Assembly (NCBI GenBank): GCA_040766775.1
Contig: JAXGPT010000006.1
Location: 4,709 to 68,708 of the forward strand
Origin: Bacillota bacterium
Lineage (GTDB): Bacteria > Bacillota > Clostridia > Ch29
Reading direction: 5' to 3'
DNA: 64,000 nucleotides
In this document: positions 20,050-30,063 of the stretch, piece by piece
Position numbering within the stretch: position 1 is the first letter of the stretch
How the letters are laid out: each line of letters starts with the position of its first letter
Made by a program: the position numbers and the translations under genes
Notes under the pieces: model-generated
Seen by the model: the letters and a program-made list of their open reading frames with translations, nothing else
Told to the model about the DNA's origin: nothing
Databases searched by the model: none

Positions 20050-21333
20050 ATGAAGACTGATATCCTCATTAGAAACGCATCACAGATAGCAACCTGTGCG
20101 GGTTGTGACAGGCCGCGGAGGGGCAAGGAGATGTCCTATGACATAATAATGGAGGACGGCTGGGTTGCAGCTGCGGCGGGCAGGATTGTGGGAATAGGCA
20201 AAGGAGATATACCCGGGGAGATTGAAGTTGACGAAGACACCCTGGTTATTGACGCCTCGGGAAAAACCGTGCTCCCGGGTTTTGTTGACCCCCACACCCA
20301 TCTTGTCCATGGCGGGTCCAGGGAAAAGGAACTTGCTCTTAAACTGGAGGGAGTGCCCTACCTGGAGATACTTAAAAGGGGCGGCGGGATTCTCAGCACG
20401 GTCAGGGCAACAAGGGCGGCATCCGAGGAAGAGCTTTTGCAAAAAGCCAGGAAAAGCCTTGATATTATGCTTCTTCACGGTACCACAACCATAGAGGCAA
20501 AGAGCGGATATGGCCTGAACATGGAGGACGAGCTGAAATGTCTTAGGGTGGCCGAAACCCTGAACCGACAGCACCCGGTTGATATAGTATCCACTTTTTT
20601 GGGTGCCCATGCGGTGCCGGAAGAATACAGGGATAGAAAGGAAGAATATATAGATTTTTTAATACAGGAAGTTATGCCCTTGGTTAAGCGGTTGGGCCTT
20701 GCAGAGTTTTGTGACGTGTTTTGCGAAAAGGGCGTGTTTTCGGTGGAGGAAAGCAGAAAAATCCTCAGCAGGGCGCGGGAAATGGGTTACAAGCTGAAGA
20801 TACATGCGGATGAAATAGAAACTACGGGGGGCGCGGAACTGGCCGGCGAACTGGGTGTAGTGTCGGCAGACCATCTCCTTGCAATGTCGGGCAGGGGCCT
20901 TAAGAAGATGAAAGAGGGCGGCGTTATAGCCGTACTGCTGCCGGGCACATCCTTTAATTTGAACGTGGGAAAATACGCAAGGGCAAGGGATATCATAGAT
21001 GCCGGTCTTGCAGTGGCCTTGGCCACCGATTACAACCCGGGCAGCTGCCCCACCGAGAACATCCAGCTGATACTCAGCCTGGCGTGCCTAAAAATGAAAA
21101 TGACGCCGGAGGAAGTGGTGATAGCAGCCACCATAAACAGCGCCCATGCCATAGACCGGGGGAAGGAAATCGGGAGCCTTGAGGTTGGAAAGAAGGCCGA
21201 TATAGTAGTTCTTGACGTCCCCAACATTGAATACCTTCCTTACCATTTCGGTATAAACCATGTGGACAAGGTCATCAAGGACGGCAGGCTGGTTGTTGAC
21301 GAACAGAGATTGGTGTACCGGGATATGCAATAA
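20050..21333 (+). CDS. hutI: Imidazolonepropionase
   Basis: PGFVDPHTHLVHGGSR...GGGILSTVRATR...TTIEAKSGYGL...HADE...DH. No hutH or hutU is present in the window. Confidence 0.9.
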   Translation: MKTDILIRNASQIATCAGCDRPRRGKEMSYDIIMEDGWVAAAAGRIVGIGKGDIPGEIEVDEDTLVIDASGKTVLPGFVDPHTHLVHGGSREKELALKLEGVPYLEILKRGGGILSTVRATRAASEEELLQKARKSLDIMLLHGTTTIEAKSGYGLNMEDELKCLRVAETLNRQHPVDIVSTFLGAHAVPEEYRDRKEEYIDFLIQEVMPLVKRLGLAEFCDVFCEKGVFSVEESRKILSRAREMGYKLKIHADEIETTGGAELAGELGVVSADHLLAMSGRGLKKMKEGGVIAVLLPGTSFNLNVGKYARARDIIDAGLAVALATDYNPGSCPTENIQLILSLACLKMKMTPEEVVIAATINSAHAIDRGKEIGSLEVGKKADIVVLDVPNIEYLPYHFGINHVDKVIKDGRLVVDEQRLVYRDMQ

Positions 21334-21387
21334 AAGGGAGGTTGGAGCGTAAACATACATATATGTTTGAAAGGAGGGGCACTTGGT

Positions 21388-21880
21388 ATGGCCGAGAAGC
21401 AATTGGTGGTTTTCAGACTGGGCGAAGAAGAATACGGGATTGACATACTTGCGGTAAAGGAAATCATCAGATACCGTAAGACTGTAAAACTGCCCGACTG
21501 CCCGGATTTTCTTGACGGGATTATTAACTACAGGGACAGTATTGTGCCCATTTTGGATTTGAACAGGAGGTTCAAGCTGGGGGGGAAAGAGGCCGGGGAT
21601 GCCACAAGGGTGATTATTGCCGGTATAGGGGGACCGGAGGGTCGCCAAGTGGGGTTCATGGTGGATCGGGTAGAAGAGGTGTTAAGGCTTGACGAGAACA
21701 GCATCGAGGAGACTCACGGAGACGGTAGCCAAAGGCATGGACAGGCAGTACATAAAGGGTGTGGGGAAACTGCAGGACAGGCTTATAATAATCCTTGACA
21801 TCGAAAAGGTGCTGTCGGATTCTGAAAGGCTCACCTGCAGAAGATATCGGGGTAAGCTGCATAAAGTTATTAGGGGGTAA
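21388..21880 (+). pseudogene. cheW: CheW-like coupling protein, one frame break near 21715
   Basis: LVVFRLGEEEYGIDILAVKEIIRY...DGIINYRDSIVPILDL, continued in another frame as TVAKGMDRQYIKGVGKLQDRLIIILDIEKVL. Confidence 0.8.
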
Positions 21881-21885
21881 TGGTT

Positions 21886-23208
21886 ATGGATGTTATGCCA
21901 TGGCAGGCAGTGGTGTTCATAAGTATCCCGGAGGCTTTTTGATAATGCTTATGGGATTGGTTCTAACCGGACTTAAGCCCGACCTAAAAGGCTTGCAATG
22001 GCCGCCGTAATACAGGCGGTGGGTTCATATTTCATCAGAGGTATGAATTTTCCCTACGGTGTACATATATTAATTCAACTTGTCACCATGGCGGTTCTGG
22101 CAAAACTGTGCCTGCGCTACCGGTGGTCGGCTGTGGTGCCGGGGATACTGCTCGGGGCGGCTATATTTACAGGCATACTGGACCAGCTGTATTTCCTTTT
22201 AATTCTCAAAATTGTGTCCTTGGAGGTTATTCTGAACAATGCGTGGATTCGGGTTCTGGTATCGCTGCCGGAGCAGGCTGCTATGCTTGTTATAATACTA
22301 CTTTGTTACAAATACAACTTCAAAGTGTTTGATGTTACGGTATTCGAAGAAGGGATGTAAATGCTTGACAAGAATGCCATATATATAGTGAGCATAATAC
22401 TCCTACAGGCTATACTGCTTATCATCGTGTTTCAAAGCGTGTATTTCAGCACAATAACAGAGTATTGGGCTGAAACGGTGCTTTCTATCATGCCGTATTT
22501 GTCGTATATAATTATGGTACTTACTATTATAACGGTAGCAACTGTGAGCAAGCTGTCTTTGCTTGCCCGCAAGCAGCAGGAACTGGAGATAAAGGAACTG
22601 GAAAACCGCCACATAAAACAGATGAACGAAGCGCTGCGCGGGCGAAGGCATGACTTCAACAACCACCTGCAGGTGATAAGCATGCTGGCCCAGGCCAACA
22701 AGCTTCCCCAGGTCCTGGCATACCTGAAGGACCTCACCGAGGAGGCGGCGGGGGTAAATAACATACTGGGCATGCAGTGCCGACGGTGGGAGCGCTTATT
22801 GGCTCGAAGGTAAGCCTGGCCCAAAAATATGGAGTCCAACTGGAATACGACGTGCAGGGGGATATAGAGGGCGGCAGAGTGAGACCTCTTCACCTGTGCC
22901 GCATCTTGGGAAATCTCCTGGACAACGCCATCGAGGCGGTAAGGGAACTGAAGATACCTTCGCCCAAGGTGGAACTTAAGGTCTACTGCGATGCGGGAAA
23001 ACTTTATATAAGCGTAAAAAATCCGGGCCAGATACACCCTTCGGTAATGGACCGGCTTTTTGTGCCGGGCACCAGTACAAAAAAAGGAAATAACAGGGGA
23101 ATGGGACTAAATATTGTAAAGGGTATTGTCGATATGTATAACGGAAGGATAGAGGTGGACAGCCACCCGGAAAGGGGAGTGCGGATACTGGTGGAGCTTC
23201 CCCGATGA
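21886..23208 (+). pseudogene. agrC: AgrC-like (HPK10) membrane histidine kinase, cassette A: two frame breaks plus an in-frame TAA
   Basis: Polytopic N-terminus (MDVMPWQAVVFISIPEAFLIMLMGL...), H-box RRHDFNNHLQ, N-box GNLLDNAIEA, G-box TKKGNNRGMGL. Collinear with the cassette B kinase. Breaks lie near 21990 and 22785. The stop is at 22358-22360. Confidence 0.75.
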
Positions 23209-23858
23209 AGGTGAAAAGAATGAAAAGGCTTTGTGACAGGTTAGCTGCATTCATAGCGCGGCGAAGCGCAAGAGAGGATGATGATATCGAGGTAATAAGC
23301 TATGGCCTGCAGGGGATACTGGGGACCGTAATGGAATTTGCACTAATAATTCTTTCGGGGAAAATTTTAGGAATGCTTAAGGAAACGCTGGTTATGTCGG
23401 CGACCTTTGTGACCTTAAGGCTTATGGCGGGGGGAGTGCATTTTTCCACCTACAACAGGTGTCTTGTCTCAAGCGTCCTTATTTTCGTGTTCGGTGGTTT
23501 TTTGGTGCGCTTGGCTGTCCTGCTGCCCGGTTTCGTGGAAACGCTCTATCTTGCATCCGCCAGCCTGTTTGCAGCATACTGCATTTATAGATATTCCCCC
23601 AGGGACAACCCCAACAGGCTCATACGGGAGGAGGAACTGCCCAGGTTTCGAAGAGCGTCCTTAATAACGACAGGCCTTGTCCTGGCGGCGGTTTGGACGG
23701 ATTACGCAATAAAGGGCGGTGCCGCATGGTACCACCACAGCCTGGTGACCGGGCTTTTGCTGGAGGGTTTTACATTAACCGACTGCGGATATTTGCTTGT
23801 AAAATGCATAGAGAAAAAACTGGATAGAAAAGGAGGTGTCATAAATGAAAAAAGCTAA
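23205..23858 (+). CDS. agrB: AgrB-like AIP-processing membrane endopeptidase, cassette A
   Basis: RLMAGGVHFSTYNRCLV matches the catalytic His...Cys motif of Staphylococcus AgrB (RRHAHGAHAPSSFWCYV). About 5 TM helices. ATGA overlap with the kinase stop. Confidence 0.85.
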   Translation: MKVKRMKRLCDRLAAFIARRSAREDDDIEVISYGLQGILGTVMEFALIILSGKILGMLKETLVMSATFVTLRLMAGGVHFSTYNRCLVSSVLIFVFGGFLVRLAVLLPGFVETLYLASASLFAAYCIYRYSPRDNPNRLIREEELPRFRRASLITTGLVLAAVWTDYAIKGGAAWYHHSLVTGLLLEGFTLTDCGYLLVKCIEKKLDRKGGVINEKS

Positions 23859-23970
23859 TGTATTTGCCATACTTACCACGCTGCTAACCATTGTAGCTGC
23901 AGCCTTTGCCGGTAGCGCCAGTTTTTCTATACTATACCAACCCGAGACTCCGAAAGCTTTGAGGAAATAG
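23845..23970 (+). CDS. agrD: AgrD-like autoinducing peptide precursor (41 aa), not in ORF track
   Basis: MKKANVFAILTTLLTIVAAAFAGSASFSILYQPETPKALRK. AAGGAGG RBS lies 7 nt upstream. Amphipathic leader. The tail YQPETPKAL aligns position for position with S. aureus DEVEVPKEL (E+4, P+6, K+7, L+9). Confidence 0.75.
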   Translation: MKKANVFAILTTLLTIVAAAFAGSASFSILYQPETPKALRK

Positions 23971-23976
23971 GCAAAT

Positions 23977-24012
23977 CCCTTGAGGTGGACTATAGTCCAC
24001 CTCAAGGGTTTT
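23977..24012 (+). terminator. Strong stem-loop between agrD and agrA (partial terminator or attenuator)
   Basis: CCCTTGAGGTGGAC / GTCCACCTCAAGGG 14-bp perfect stem followed by TTTT. Confidence 0.65.
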
Positions 24013-24048
24013 ATGGATATAGTAATATTTTGTAAAGGGAGTAATTTT

Positions 24049-24776
24049 ATGCTGAAGGTTCTGATCTGCGAGGACCGATTGGAAAATGCCCTATGCCTTA
24101 AGGAAATGCTGGAGAGGATGAAAGGGGTGGAGGTGGTAGGCCACGCGGCGGACGGCACGGCAGCGGTGGCGATGGTAAAAAGTCTCTCCCCGGACGTGGC
24201 GTTCATGGATATAGGGCTTCCGGGAATGGACGGTCTAAGCGCCATAGAAGTTATAAAGGGTATAGACCCGGGCATTTATACCGTTATTACCACCGCCTAC
24301 CCGGAGTATGCCTTGGATGCATACAGGCTTTACGTGTACGACTATATCGTTAAACCCTATGACAGCGCAAGGGTGATAAGGACGGTAACCAATATAATGA
24401 AAATCATCGAGGATAGGGCCAGGGGAATACGAATACCGGCCAATAAAAGGGTAGGCAGGATTGTCATTAGGACCCGGGACGAAATAATATTTCTAAACCA
24501 GCACGAGATAGTAATGGTGGAGAGGGATGAAGCCAAGTCCTGCATCCATACCATAAAGGAAGTGTTCGAAACCTACGATTCCTTAAGCAGCCTGGAGGAA
24601 CGCCTTGACAGCGACATGTTCTTCAGGTCCCACAGGGTTATCTTGTGAATATGCACTTATGTGGACCGGATAGTAAGCTACGGAAGGAAGGTCTATGCAA
24701 TAAAGTTCAAGAACATTAAAAAAAAGCACTTATATCCTATTCAAGGATAAACGACCTGGAGGCTTTGATTAGCTAA
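24049..24776 (+). pseudogene. agrA: AgrA-like LytTR response regulator, cassette A, C-terminus frame-broken
   Basis: MLKVLICEDR...FMDIGLPGMDGL...TAYPEYALDAY receiver domain. The LytTR domain (FFRSHR...) continues as GYLVNMH / RIVSYGRKVYAIKFKNIKKK in shifted frames. One break is at an A8 run. Confidence 0.8.
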
Positions 24777-24932
24777 TGTTCCGTTTGAACAATGTAAAGG
24801 TGGTTTTTGGACATATAGAAGTCGTTTTGGCGCAACATTGCGGTGAACTTATCGATTTTTAGTGTATAATATCAGTTGTACAAGGGAAATCATTACCCCT
24901 ATACTGCTTTATTAACCCCTTTATAATCCATT

Positions 24933-24961
24933 AAAGCCCCGTCAACCCCGGACGGGGCTTT
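24933..24961 (+). terminator. Terminator-like hairpin
   Basis: AAAGCCCCGTC / GACGGGGCTTT stem with only a weak T tract. Confidence 0.5.
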
Positions 24962-25072
24962 AACATTGGGCCATTTTATCCATATCCTTTTTCAAATAAT
25001 ATTCTAGTCCCAGGCAGGATTACAACCAGTATTATAGAAATAATAAATACGTCATATTTTGGGGGAAAAAAG

Positions 25073-26650
25073 ATGAAAAACTTTTCGTGGAAAAGAACAG
25101 TATTCATGGCAATAATCATTGCTTTACTAAACGTGCTGCTGGCAGCGGCAGTGGCTGCGACCGGCGAAGTCCTGTGGTATTATCCTCCCACGCCGCAGGG
25201 GGATGTGGGCATAAGAAGGCCTACAATTCTTTGGACCTTTTCCGGGCTTTCCTCCGAGCAAATAAAGGAAATACAGATGACCCTTGATGGGAAAAAGGTA
25301 AACGCCGTATTCAGGGACGACCTGAATTCGGTTTATTACACGCCCAGTGAAAACCTGGCGCCGGGAAGGAAAAGTGTATCCATTGTCGTAACCCTGAAGA
25401 GCGGGGTCAGGATTTCATCACCCCCTTTCAGCTTCAACATACTGAACAAGGCCTTTGAGGAAATACCCAACACCCCGGTGTACGAAGAAGTAAGGGACAG
25501 GATAAACTACTACAGGGGTATAGCCGGCTTGCCGGGCATGACCATAGATAAAAGCCTTAACGCGGCAGCCAACAACCATGCATTGTATGTTTCCAGCAAC
25601 ACTAATGCGGGTCATTACCAGAACAACAAAAAACACCAGTATTTCACAGGCGAGATGCCCTGGGACAGGACCAGGTATTTTGGGTATATGAGCCCCATGG
25701 TGGCCGAAAATATACACTTTGTAAAGTCCCACACCGGGGCGGTAGACGACTGGATGGATTCGGTGTACCACAGATTGCCCCTAATAAACCCCATATACAA
25801 GCACATGGGGTACGGGTATGCGGTTAAGGATACAAAATATGTAAATGTGTTGGAGGTGGGTGCCGTAAGATACAACGGCCTTGACCGCCAGGTCGTGGTG
25901 TACCCGGCGGACGGTCAAAGGGGAGTCCCGCTGACATGGAGCGGCATGGAACAGCCGGACCCCTTCCGTTTGTATCCCGGGGTCAAAGGGCCGGGAGGAT
26001 ACCCCATAACGGTACTGGTATCCGGGGATAGGACCGAAAGGGTTGAGTTAAAAAGCGCTTCCATAGCCGAGGGAATTACGGGCAGCGTGAAATTTTACCG
26101 GTTTGACGCTTCAAACGACCCGGAGCTTGACGATAATAACGCAATAGTACTGGTACCGGAAAGAAATCTTAAACCCTATACTACATACAGGGTAAACATA
26201 ACAATGGAAATAATATACGATGAGGACAGCCGGGAGGAGCTAAAAAAGGAGTGGACTTTTACAACCGGCGGAGGGGGGCTGGAGACCTACCGCCCCGGCA
26301 GCGATATACTGATATATTTGAACGGTATCAAAAAAACGTATAACCCCGCACCCTATATTAAAGACAACCGTACTATGGTTCCAATAAGGGGCATATGCGA
26401 AGACTTGGGGGCGGTGGTGAACTGGAACCACCAAACCTATACCGTGGAAATTGTTAGGCAGGACAATGTTATTACTTTGGAAATCGGCAGCAGGAAAGCG
26501 CTGGTTAATAACCGCAGCGTGGATATTGATGTAGCAGCGGAACTGTACCAGGACACAACTTACGTTCCGATACGGTTTGTATCCGAAGTATTGGGTTACA
26601 GTGTTGACTGGGACGGTGTAATGAGAATGGTAATGATACAGGATAGATAG
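25073..26650 (+). CDS. Secreted CAP/SCP-domain protein with C-terminal copper-amine-oxidase-N-like stalk domain
   Basis: Signal peptide; INYYRGIAGLPGMTIDKSLNAAANNHALY (CAP domain); C-terminal IKDNRTMVPIRGICEDLGAVVNWN...TYVPIRFVSEVLGYSVDWD. Confidence 0.8.
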   Translation: MKNFSWKRTVFMAIIIALLNVLLAAAVAATGEVLWYYPPTPQGDVGIRRPTILWTFSGLSSEQIKEIQMTLDGKKVNAVFRDDLNSVYYTPSENLAPGRKSVSIVVTLKSGVRISSPPFSFNILNKAFEEIPNTPVYEEVRDRINYYRGIAGLPGMTIDKSLNAAANNHALYVSSNTNAGHYQNNKKHQYFTGEMPWDRTRYFGYMSPMVAENIHFVKSHTGAVDDWMDSVYHRLPLINPIYKHMGYGYAVKDTKYVNVLEVGAVRYNGLDRQVVVYPADGQRGVPLTWSGMEQPDPFRLYPGVKGPGGYPITVLVSGDRTERVELKSASIAEGITGSVKFYRFDASNDPELDDNNAIVLVPERNLKPYTTYRVNITMEIIYDEDSREELKKEWTFTTGGGGLETYRPGSDILIYLNGIKKTYNPAPYIKDNRTMVPIRGICEDLGAVVNWNHQTYTVEIVRQDNVITLEIGSRKALVNNRSVDIDVAAELYQDTTYVPIRFVSEVLGYSVDWDGVMRMVMIQDR

Positions 26651-26660
26651 GGGGATATAA

Positions 26661-27809
26661 ATGCCTGAGCCGCTGGACCAGATGAAAAAGATTGATGAAA
26701 TAATACATAAGACCATAAAGATAATGGAAAGAGGCCAAAAGGACGTTTACGACATCGCGGAGCATGCCCATAACGAAGCCGAGGATATTGAAAAAAAACT
26801 CGAGGCATTAAGGGATGAGGTTTTTAATATAATACAGGAAGTGGAGCAGCTAAGAAAGGCGGAGAACAGTGCCCGGTACAAGCTGCTGGTTGTTAGCAGG
26901 GACTTTAGTATACATACCGAGCGGGATATAAAGGAAGCCTATCAAAAAGCCGAGGACCTTAAAATTGCGCTGACCATCAAGGAGCAGGAAGAAGTAAGGC
27001 TTAGGGAGGAACGGAACAGGCTTGAATTAAAGTTAAAGGACCAGAAAAAACTCGTGAAGAAGGCACAAAACGTGGTGACCCATATGGGCGCGGTGCTGGA
27101 TTATCTCAGGGCGGGGGCTGCCGGTATCAACGGGCTGGCGGAGGATGTAAGGAAAAAGCAGTACCTGGGTTACAGGGTTATTAAAGCCACCGAGGAGGAA
27201 AGAAGCAGGATAGTAAGGGAAATCCACGATGTGCCCATCCAGGCCATGGTTAACATGGGGATAAGGCTAGAACTTTGCCTGCAGGTCCTGGATAAGGACA
27301 TGGAAAAGGCAAGGACTTATATTAAGGAACTCAAGGAGCAGGTCAATACAAATATTCAGGACCTAAGAAAAATTATATATAACCTAAGGCCGATGTCGCT
27401 GGACGACCTAGGACTGGTGGCCACCATTGAAAAGCTGCTTGCCGACTTTGAAAAGGATACGGGCATTAAAACGGATTTCAAGCTTATGGGTGAGCCGGTG
27501 GAAGTAAAGGAACTGGTTCAAATTGCGGTGTTTCGAATAATACAGGAGGCTCTGAACAATATAAAAAGGCATTCAAAGTCCACTGAGGCTGTGGTGAAGT
27601 TGGAATTCATGGAAAAAAGCATGTCCCTTCTTATTAAAGATAACGGAATAGGCTTTAATGTAGACGAGGTTTGTGACTGGGTGGAAGAGGACAGGTGTTT
27701 TGGGCTTATGGGTATGAGAGAGAGGGTGGAACTGCTCCAGGGGTATATGGATATAAACTCCGAGAAGGGGCAGGGGACCAGTATATTTATAAGAATTCCC
27801 ATTGATTAG
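26661..27809 (+). CDS. degS: Cytoplasmic sensor histidine kinase DegS-like
   Basis: Coiled-coil DegS-type N-terminus, HisKA_3 box EEERSRIVREIHDVPIQ, YNLRPMSLDDLGL, and an HATPase domain. Confidence 0.85.
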   Translation: MPEPLDQMKKIDEIIHKTIKIMERGQKDVYDIAEHAHNEAEDIEKKLEALRDEVFNIIQEVEQLRKAENSARYKLLVVSRDFSIHTERDIKEAYQKAEDLKIALTIKEQEEVRLREERNRLELKLKDQKKLVKKAQNVVTHMGAVLDYLRAGAAGINGLAEDVRKKQYLGYRVIKATEEERSRIVREIHDVPIQAMVNMGIRLELCLQVLDKDMEKARTYIKELKEQVNTNIQDLRKIIYNLRPMSLDDLGLVATIEKLLADFEKDTGIKTDFKLMGEPVEVKELVQIAVFRIIQEALNNIKRHSKSTEAVVKLEFMEKSMSLLIKDNGIGFNVDEVCDWVEEDRCFGLMGMRERVELLQGYMDINSEKGQGTSIFIRIPID

Positions 27810-27865
27810 TTTAAGGGCCTGTGGGGGCGGGTATTAAGCAGTAAGTAAGGGGGAATATTGTAAAT

Positions 27866-28501
27866 ATGGCTATAAGAATACTTTTGGCCGATGACCATTC
27901 GCTTATGCGAGAAGGTTTGAAGCAGCTGCTGGAGATGGAGGAGGACTTCGAGGTTGTGGGCCAGGCCGATACCGGCAGAGAGTTTCTTAACCTGGTGTCC
28001 GGGACATCGGCGGATGTAGTACTGCTGGATATAAATTTGCCGGATATGAGCGGCCTTAAAGTGCTGGAACTTCTCAGGGAGAAAAAATGCGACATAAAAG
28101 TCATAATGCTGACCATCCATGACGACTGGGAGTATGTTAACCAGGCAATAAGGCTTGGCGCCCACGGCTATCTCCTAAAGGATGTTGAGGCGCAGAGCCT
28201 GTACCGTGCCATCAGGGATGTAAAGGCGGGAAAAACCTATGTGCATCCTAACCTGGCCTGGGATATCATAGCCCAAAAGGACAAGAGCATGTTACTGGAC
28301 AGGTTGACTACAAGGGAAAAGGAAATACTGTCCATGGTTTCAAAGGGCCTTGGCAATGAAGATATAGCCGAGAGGCTGGTTATAAGCGATAAGACTGTCC
28401 GAAATCATGTATCCAATATTTACAAGAAACTTGGCGTAAAGGACAGGACCCAGGCGGCCCTGCTGGGGATGAAAAGCTATCTCGCGCACAGGTACGATTA
28501 A
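27866..28501 (+). CDS. degU: NarL/LuxR-type response regulator DegU-like
   Basis: IRILLADDHSLMREGL...LLDINLPDMSG receiver domain and a C-terminal LTTREKEILSMVSKGLGNEDIAERLVISDKTVRNH helix-turn-helix. Confidence 0.85.
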   Translation: MAIRILLADDHSLMREGLKQLLEMEEDFEVVGQADTGREFLNLVSGTSADVVLLDINLPDMSGLKVLELLREKKCDIKVIMLTIHDDWEYVNQAIRLGAHGYLLKDVEAQSLYRAIRDVKAGKTYVHPNLAWDIIAQKDKSMLLDRLTTREKEILSMVSKGLGNEDIAERLVISDKTVRNHVSNIYKKLGVKDRTQAALLGMKSYLAHRYD

Positions 28502-28583
28502 AAGAGTGCAGGGCTCTATCAATATGACACAATAGCGGTTTTTGCTTTAATATATCAATACTATTAACAAAGGAGTTTTTGCA

Positions 28584-29996
28584 ATGGGAAAAAACCTTTC
28601 CAGAAAAATTAAGAATTGCTGGCTGGAGCCGGATATCTGCAACAGGGAAGCGGTATTCGATTTCTGCAGTGAATACATTGACTTTTTATCCGAGTGTAAA
28701 ACCGAACGGGAATGTGTCGAATACATGCAGGAGCTGGCTCTGGAGAACGGTTTTATACCCCTGGATACCCTTGTAAAGGAAGGTAGGAAGCCGGGAAGGG
28801 GGGACAAAATTCTAATAAATCACAGGGACAAGGCTTTGATACTGTTTGTTATGGGCCAGGATAGTATTGAAAGGGGAATAAACCTTGTTGGGTCCCATTT
28901 GGATTCGCCAAGGATGGACCTAAAGCCGTCCCCGCTTTATGAGGACCAGGGCATCGCCCTTTTTAAGACCCATTATTACGGCGGCATCAAAAAATACCAG
29001 TGGACCGCCATACCACTGGCCCTGCACGGGGTGGTCATAAAAAGAAACGGCGAAAAGCTTGAGATAGTGATCGGGGAGGACCCGGGCGATACCGTATTCA
29101 CAATAACCGATTTGCTGCCCCATCTGGCAAAGGAACAGATGGAAAAAAGGCGTCGGAGGTCATACCCGGGGAAGGACTTAATCTCATCGTGGGTACCGTG
29201 CCGAGGGAATACGACAGCGACGGAAAATGTCAAGGGTTCCAAGGACATGGTGCTGGAACTTTTAAAAGACAGGTACGGCTTGGAAGAGGAGGACTTTATA
29301 AGCGCGGAACTTACGGCGGTACCCGCTGGGAGGGTTGCGGATGTGGGGCTGGACAGCAGCCTGGTGGGTGGATATGGGCAGGATGACAGGGTGTGCGCCT
29401 TTGTTTCCTTCAAAGCGATAATGGATGTAAAGGGCCCACAAAAAACCTGTGCAGCAATTTTTGCAGACAAGGAAGAGGTAGGCAGCATGGGGAATACCGG
29501 TATGCAGTCCGCCTTTTTTGAAAATGCGGTGGCGGAGCTGATAGCCCTTAGCACCGGCGATTGTGATTACTTGAAGCTTAGAAGGGCCCTTTCCAATTCC
29601 AAGGCCCTGTCGGCGGATGTGGCTGCAGCGGTTGACCCCAACTATTCGGATACCCATGACAAGGAGAACGCGCCCAGGCTGGGAAACGGGGTGTGCATAG
29701 AAAAATACACCGGCCATAAGGGGAAGTCCGGCGGCAGTGATGCCAATGCCGAATACCTGGCCCTGGTGAGACGGGTGTTCAACAATGCGGACATAGTATG
29801 GCAGTCGGGAGAACTGGGCAAAGTGGACCTGGGAGGCGGAGGCACAATAGCACAGTTTCTTGCAAATTACGGCATGGACGTACTGGACTGCGGTGTTCCG
29901 GTGTTAAATATGCATTCACCCTTTGAGCTGGCGAGCAAAGCGGATATATACATGGCCTACAGGGCTTACATTGCCTTTTACCGAGATATGAAATAA
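28584..29996 (+). CDS. M18-family aminopeptidase
   Basis: LVGSHLDSPRMDLKP, FKTHYYGGIKKYQW, GQDDRVC, MHSPFE. Residues encoded by about 29147-29225 are out of frame through a compensating A-run indel pair. Confidence 0.85.
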   Translation: MGKNLSRKIKNCWLEPDICNREAVFDFCSEYIDFLSECKTERECVEYMQELALENGFIPLDTLVKEGRKPGRGDKILINHRDKALILFVMGQDSIERGINLVGSHLDSPRMDLKPSPLYEDQGIALFKTHYYGGIKKYQWTAIPLALHGVVIKRNGEKLEIVIGEDPGDTVFTITDLLPHLAKEQMEKRRRRSYPGKDLISSWVPCRGNTTATENVKGSKDMVLELLKDRYGLEEEDFISAELTAVPAGRVADVGLDSSLVGGYGQDDRVCAFVSFKAIMDVKGPQKTCAAIFADKEEVGSMGNTGMQSAFFENAVAELIALSTGDCDYLKLRRALSNSKALSADVAAAVDPNYSDTHDKENAPRLGNGVCIEKYTGHKGKSGGSDANAEYLALVRRVFNNADIVWQSGELGKVDLGGGGTIAQFLANYGMDVLDCGVPVLNMHSPFELASKADIYMAYRAYIAFYRDMK

Positions 29997-30063
29997 ACGG
30001 GTCTGAAGGATAGGCAGACCAAGCGACAGCAGTAATTAAGGGATATGGAAAGAGGGTAATGTT

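Noticed and set aside
21886-22360. A naturally separate sensor-membrane protein partnering a short AgrC kinase, as a new two-polypeptide receptor.
   Set aside because: Cassette B encodes the same regions as one continuous protein (AGA at the aligned codon), and cassette A carries other lesions. A mutated single gene is more parsimonious. Kept only as an alternative inside the cassette A finding.
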